The notes below the pieces were generated by a model. The model worked only from the letters and a program-made list of their open reading frames with translations. It did no database searches and had not been told where the DNA came from. The position numbers were made by a program, and so were the translations under genes. A stretch of 64,000 nucleotides of DNA from Rhodosorus marinus CCMP1338 (Eukaryota > Plantae > Rhodophyta), in assembly GCA_029953675.1 (NCBI GenBank), contig JAMWBK010000002.1, positions 2,356,001 through 2,420,000 on the forward strand. The letters are read 5' to 3'. Position 1 is the stretch's first letter. The number at the start of each line of letters is the position of its first letter. Shown here in pieces: positions 59,461 through 64,000 of this stretch.

Positions 59461-60340
59461 TCTTTTTAGAAAGATAAATACAGATTTGGAAATATAATGC
59501 AATTAATTAAAGACTCTGGCTTGAATTGAGAGTTTTATTTGTATAAGACAATAATATTTCGATCATTTAGACTTTCCGAGTTCAAATTTGGAATGAGGAA
59601 CTGGACGGAGTTGATGTGACATTAATTATTAATATATAGGATGGATATAATTAATAGCAATGACATTATAATTTAATTAATACATCATTATAGCTTATAA
59701 GTATGTGAGTCTCGTCGGCCTCTGGGTGTGCGTCGTCTTGTCCTCGAACAGAAGCGCTTGATGTGTGAGAGGAACTGATTTTCTCATCTACGATATTTTC
59801 GAAGGAGAAGCCCATCACGATTCCATGTAAATAGGCCCTTCCTTGGCACCATACCCTCGTCGCGAGTGTTTTTCCGAGGGTTTCCTTCGCACAGCGCGAA
59901 CTTTGAGCTGACTGGAGATGTAAAGATATCACGCAGTTCCGTAGACAAAGATTGAGTTCTTTAAACGGCTGAGTTCTTCCAAGAAACCCTTTCCACGTGG
60001 TGCGACGAGGAAATGGTACCACGGTTGTTTCCGCTCGTCATTCACCGTTCAGTTCACGGCAGGAAAGGTACGTGTGGTGTGCGTTCTCGGCTCAACCCGA
60101 ACAATTCTCAACGTAGCCACAACCGTAATCCATGCGTCGGAAGAGAGAAAATGAATCAGCAACAAACCCCCACAAATACAACAACCTCTATCGATTCGCG
60201 AGGTAGCGGGAAAGGACAGTCTTAGTAGTATATGAAGCTTTGTTTGTCGGTGAACTGAGCAATATGGTAAGGTCGAACGTGGTCTTCAAAGGACTAGATA
60301 AGGATAGCGCGTTTTCTGATTTCGTGTAAAAGAAGGAAGA

Positions 60341-60761
<421 letters not shown>

Positions 60762-61806
60762 GTGTTTGAAGCACTTACTGCCGGACATTCATCCCGGTGC
60801 AAGCCAAGGCCGAAGCGACAAGTAGAAAGTATCATCTTGTATCAGAGGTTGCTTGCTTTGAACGTACACAGACGAAGTTCCGCTAGTTGCGTGCAGCGGA
60901 CCCTCAACATCTCTTTACGAATGCTTCTGCCTGTCGACTGACAAACGAGATTCATGCACTTAAGAACTACTACGTGAGGACAATTCTGTTCTCCTACTAA
61001 AACTATTGTATCGTTTTTCCAAGTCGGAAAATTAATTCGAGAGTTTACACGCAACAACCGAGGCAATGAAGCCCGCCTCCTTTCCAATCATGCAGCCAAG
61101 AGAACGCACGGTCTGTTCTTGGAGTCAGCTCATGTCTACTCTACGAGGCATCGGGGCTGTGGCACCAAAACGAGTCAGGGAGATCCGCTCACGTCCTCAA
61201 GAGCTCGAGCTGAGGTTGCGCTTAGTCCCGCTGAACTGCGCAGACTCGATTCTATTCGCTTGTCCGAGTAAAGGATAGGCAGGATCAAATACCAGCGTAC
61301 GCTGATGTAGAGTAGACTATCCTCGCCGACGCGTCGACGAACCACCAGTTCATAGCTCGGCTCTTGGCTCACATGGTTCCTTCGGAAGGTTCTCTCTTGA
61401 GTTGCGGAGCACCCGATCAGGTCATATCAGAACCTTCTGAAGCTCTGTTCAGGTAGGCGTGTAGGCAAGAGTCTATCTTCATCTTTTCTCAAGCTAGCTC
61501 AGGATGAGTGAATTTAACTGTAGTCCATATCAAGTCCAACAGTCACCCTCTTTGGTTCAGGCCGCCGATACTTGGCGAATGCACACAGTTCGTTCGAGCG
61601 TTAAGGATTGAAGGTGACCAGGCACAGGCAACTGTGAATTCTGCACTTTTTCCAAAGTGCGGGCTGGTGTTTTGTTGATCAGGTGACGTTACATGACGAC
61701 GACTGGTATATTCGGGAAAGTTTGATTCCGTTGATCGTTGATTCGCAGTTGATCAGTTCACGTTCATGTCGAGGCTGGCTTCAAGTAGAGAGCTGCGGAA
61801 GACATC

Positions 61807-62199
61807 ATGGTCGATCCTGGAAAACGAAAGCATGAGAAATTGGACGTGACTGGATCGGGACTGAAGAAGAGACTGCTTATCGTGGAAGGAGAGAAACCTA
61901 ATATTGGGTCAACTGAAGCGTCCGGGGTATTGGAGAGGCTCGATGCGTTCCTTCCGCGGATTCGTGAGGCCAACCAGGAGCTCGTGAAGAACGGGTCCGC
62001 AGGAAATGAGTCCGTGGAAAAGGAAACGGGAACGATTACAATGGGCGAGGTGGATGATGAAGAGCGACATGTGGAAATGCAAGTTTTGGTGGACGATTCG
62101 CTAGGAGAAATTGTAAAGGACAGCGATGGGGTTTCGGGGACGACACCCGAGAAGCCAAGAGTGGAAATTGTAGAAGAGCAAACAAAGGAAACAGATTAA
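61807..62199 (+). CDS. NOPCHAP1/DUF4598-like protein (NOP58 chaperone), intronless
   Basis: VLERLDAFLPRIREANQEL and HVEMQV resemble the conserved DUF4598 block as I recall it; 130 aa and acidic. Confidence 0.65.
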   Translation: MVDPGKRKHEKLDVTGSGLKKRLLIVEGEKPNIGSTEASGVLERLDAFLPRIREANQELVKNGSAGNESVEKETGTITMGEVDDEERHVEMQVLVDDSLGEIVKDSDGVSGTTPEKPRVEIVEEQTKETD

Positions 62200-62516
62200 C
62201 AAGAACTCGAAAATCAACGGAAAAAGATTCGAATTGGAACCCTTGACGAGGATGTATTGAATATCAACGAAAGACTGCAGACGAACGCAAGGATCGTCTC
62301 AATGTACAGCACTATGGCTACTACTAGGCTCAATCAGGAGACTTTCGCTGCAAGACCGGAATCCAAAAAAAGCGGGGCGCCTGGGTTTTAATTACTCAAA
62401 AAAAAATTACTTGTCCGGCGCGAGTTAGTCCATGTTATCTAGTTAATTATTTCAGGACGGTTTCTACCCCTCCCGAGGCTCAGCTCAAACACGCGAAGAT
62501 TCAGAGCTGGCAATTT

Positions 62517-64000
62517 TCAGCTCTTCTGTTTTGTAGCAAATGCGTCCGCAAAGGACTTCAGTAAGTCTTCACTGAATGGTTGCCGCTGCTTGCTTCTCCT
62601 AAGATTCTTCCCCGAAATTTCGTCCTTCTCGTCGTCTGATTCTGACTGTTGTAAATCTTCCCTAAGCGGAACTGCCTCATCTTCGTCTCCATCGCCGTCC
62701 CGACTTCCCGTCATCATGTCCATCAAGAACTTCGGGCCAGTCACCGTAAGAGATGGGAGGGTATGAGAAGGAAGCTCAAATGCAGATAATGCGCGTCGCG
62801 AGGCCGATAGCGCCACGTTGAGGTCTACATCCTCTTCCCGGCTCTTCTTATGATCATCATCATCTGACATTTCTGCGTCTTCACTTTGATCGAGCTCCTC
62901 CTCTGCATCAGCAGTATTCCCGGATTCCGTCCTCGCTCGTGTTTGACGGACGCTGTCGTTCTCGCTGAGGACGATAAACTCCAAATCTTTCGCTAGGAGC
63001 ACCAACGCGGATTGGTCCCCAGTCTCCACCGGTACAAACGACATCGCCAGAACGTCGTGCCTGAAACGAAACACTCGTTTTGGAACGGGCTTTGAAACCT
63101 CGAAGATGGCGACAGCACACTGCGGTGTGCTTTCCGAGGAAGTCGACAAGTTCACAATGACCGCAAAGTTCTCACCGAGAGGATCTGCAGCAAACTCCCT
63201 CACTTTCATCCTAAAAGTCAAGTTCATCACCGAGCAGGTCAGGGTTCTATTCCACAATAGCCAACTCAGTCCAAGTGACCGTGAAGCCTGAAAAAGTACT
63301 GCCTTTCAAAACAAGAAAGCACAAGCCATTGTACGTACCTCGCTGACCACCAAACAGACCCCGTGATTACGTTCCAAACGTGTACACTTCTCGAACTCGA
63401 CGTAATCACAAGCGGGCTTTCAGTACTCCCCGTAAAGGACACGGATGTGATGTACTCGTTGGTCGGTGAATGACACAGGATTCTAGGATCAGCATCGATA
63501 TCTGTGATACCGTCCTCGTTCAATGTCCAAAGTGCCAGAACAGGACCACAAGCAGATGCCAGAAGAGAGCCATCCTTACTGAAACAAAGTGACGAACACC
63601 TAAAGCCACGGTACCCTATGCTTCTCGAGCAGTACCAGTCACTCTCCTTCCTCAGTTTCCAGAAATTGATACTGCCCTCCGACGACGACGTGGCAACGAC
63701 GTTCAAACGCGGATGAAAAACCAAACTGGTCGTATAGGCTCCCCCATGAGGATTTTCCACTTTCGCTGCTACTCGGAACTTGCCCTCGGGGTCAATCGAG
63801 TTGAACCTAAGAGTTTCCGTGACGAACTCGACATCCTTCACAACGAGGACGAAGAATCTTAGACCGCCAGTGCAAAGCGCGTGCCTTCACAAGTTCAATA
63901 TACTGGACTGTGGCTCGGCCTTACCTCGGAAGTCTTCGCTCTGAGAACATCGAGTGTAACTAGAAACGATCCATCAGCACTCAAACATGCGAGTTGCACC
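62517..64000 (-). CDS. WDR75: WDR75/UTP17 (NAN1)-like WD40 SSU processome subunit, 3' part only
   Basis: TLRF...VENPH...TSLVFHP...ATSSSEGSINFW...WYCSRSIGYRGFRCSSLCFSKDGSLLA and C-terminal LPSHTLPSL...FL plus an acidic tail. The gene continues past the right edge. Confidence 0.8.

Noticed and set aside
59666-60022. 118-aa minus ORF between RPL18A and NOP10
   Set aside because: It has a GTG start, no recognisable domain, and ends in the AT-rich promoter core; there is no support beyond length.
60226-60325. Possible C/D snoRNA upstream of NOP10 (ATGAAG...CTGA...CTGA)
   Set aside because: The C box is degenerate, there is no terminal stem, and I could not identify an rRNA-complementary guide; GGATAGC is in rRNA sense orientation.

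Overview
Gene-dense eukaryotic nuclear DNA, not prokaryotic. There are about 25 protein-coding genes with many short GT-AG introns (mostly 60-110 nt, often with a CTAAC/CTGAC-like branch point). They are separated by AT-rich cores flanked by strongly strand-skewed (G/T-rich sense) leaders. A red alga is the most likely source (inference). The evidence is plastid transit peptides with an early Phe (MSAF..., MAALGFV...), a nucleus-encoded intron-containing mitochondrial ATP synthase alpha subunit, an archease, and cyanobacterial-type DUF815/DUF3082 genes. Most genes are housekeeping: RBM5/10-like, ABCF3, NBS1, RPT3, COPB1, TMF1, RPSA, PITHD1, Tag, ATP1, C2-PLD, RNASEH2B, RPL18A, NOP10, NOPCHAP1-like and WDR75. 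The best leads are: (1) an intron-containing DUF2064/TIGR04282-type glycosyltransferase, a family linked to arsenosugar clusters in bacteria, 4.2 kb from an ACR2/CDC25-type arsenate-reductase-like gene and head-to-head with archease; (2) a small tail-anchored protein with two RVxF PP1-docking motifs; (3) a plastid BASS-like transporter that seems to have lost the Na+ ligands; (4) a palindromic GACA-N3-TGTC motif seen six times, always upstream of genes; (5) two overlapping perfect hairpins with identical TTAAG loops; (6) a decayed hAT-like element. All family assignments come from my recall of motifs, not from database searches, and exon boundaries were assembled by hand. No rRNA, tRNA or CRISPR array was found.
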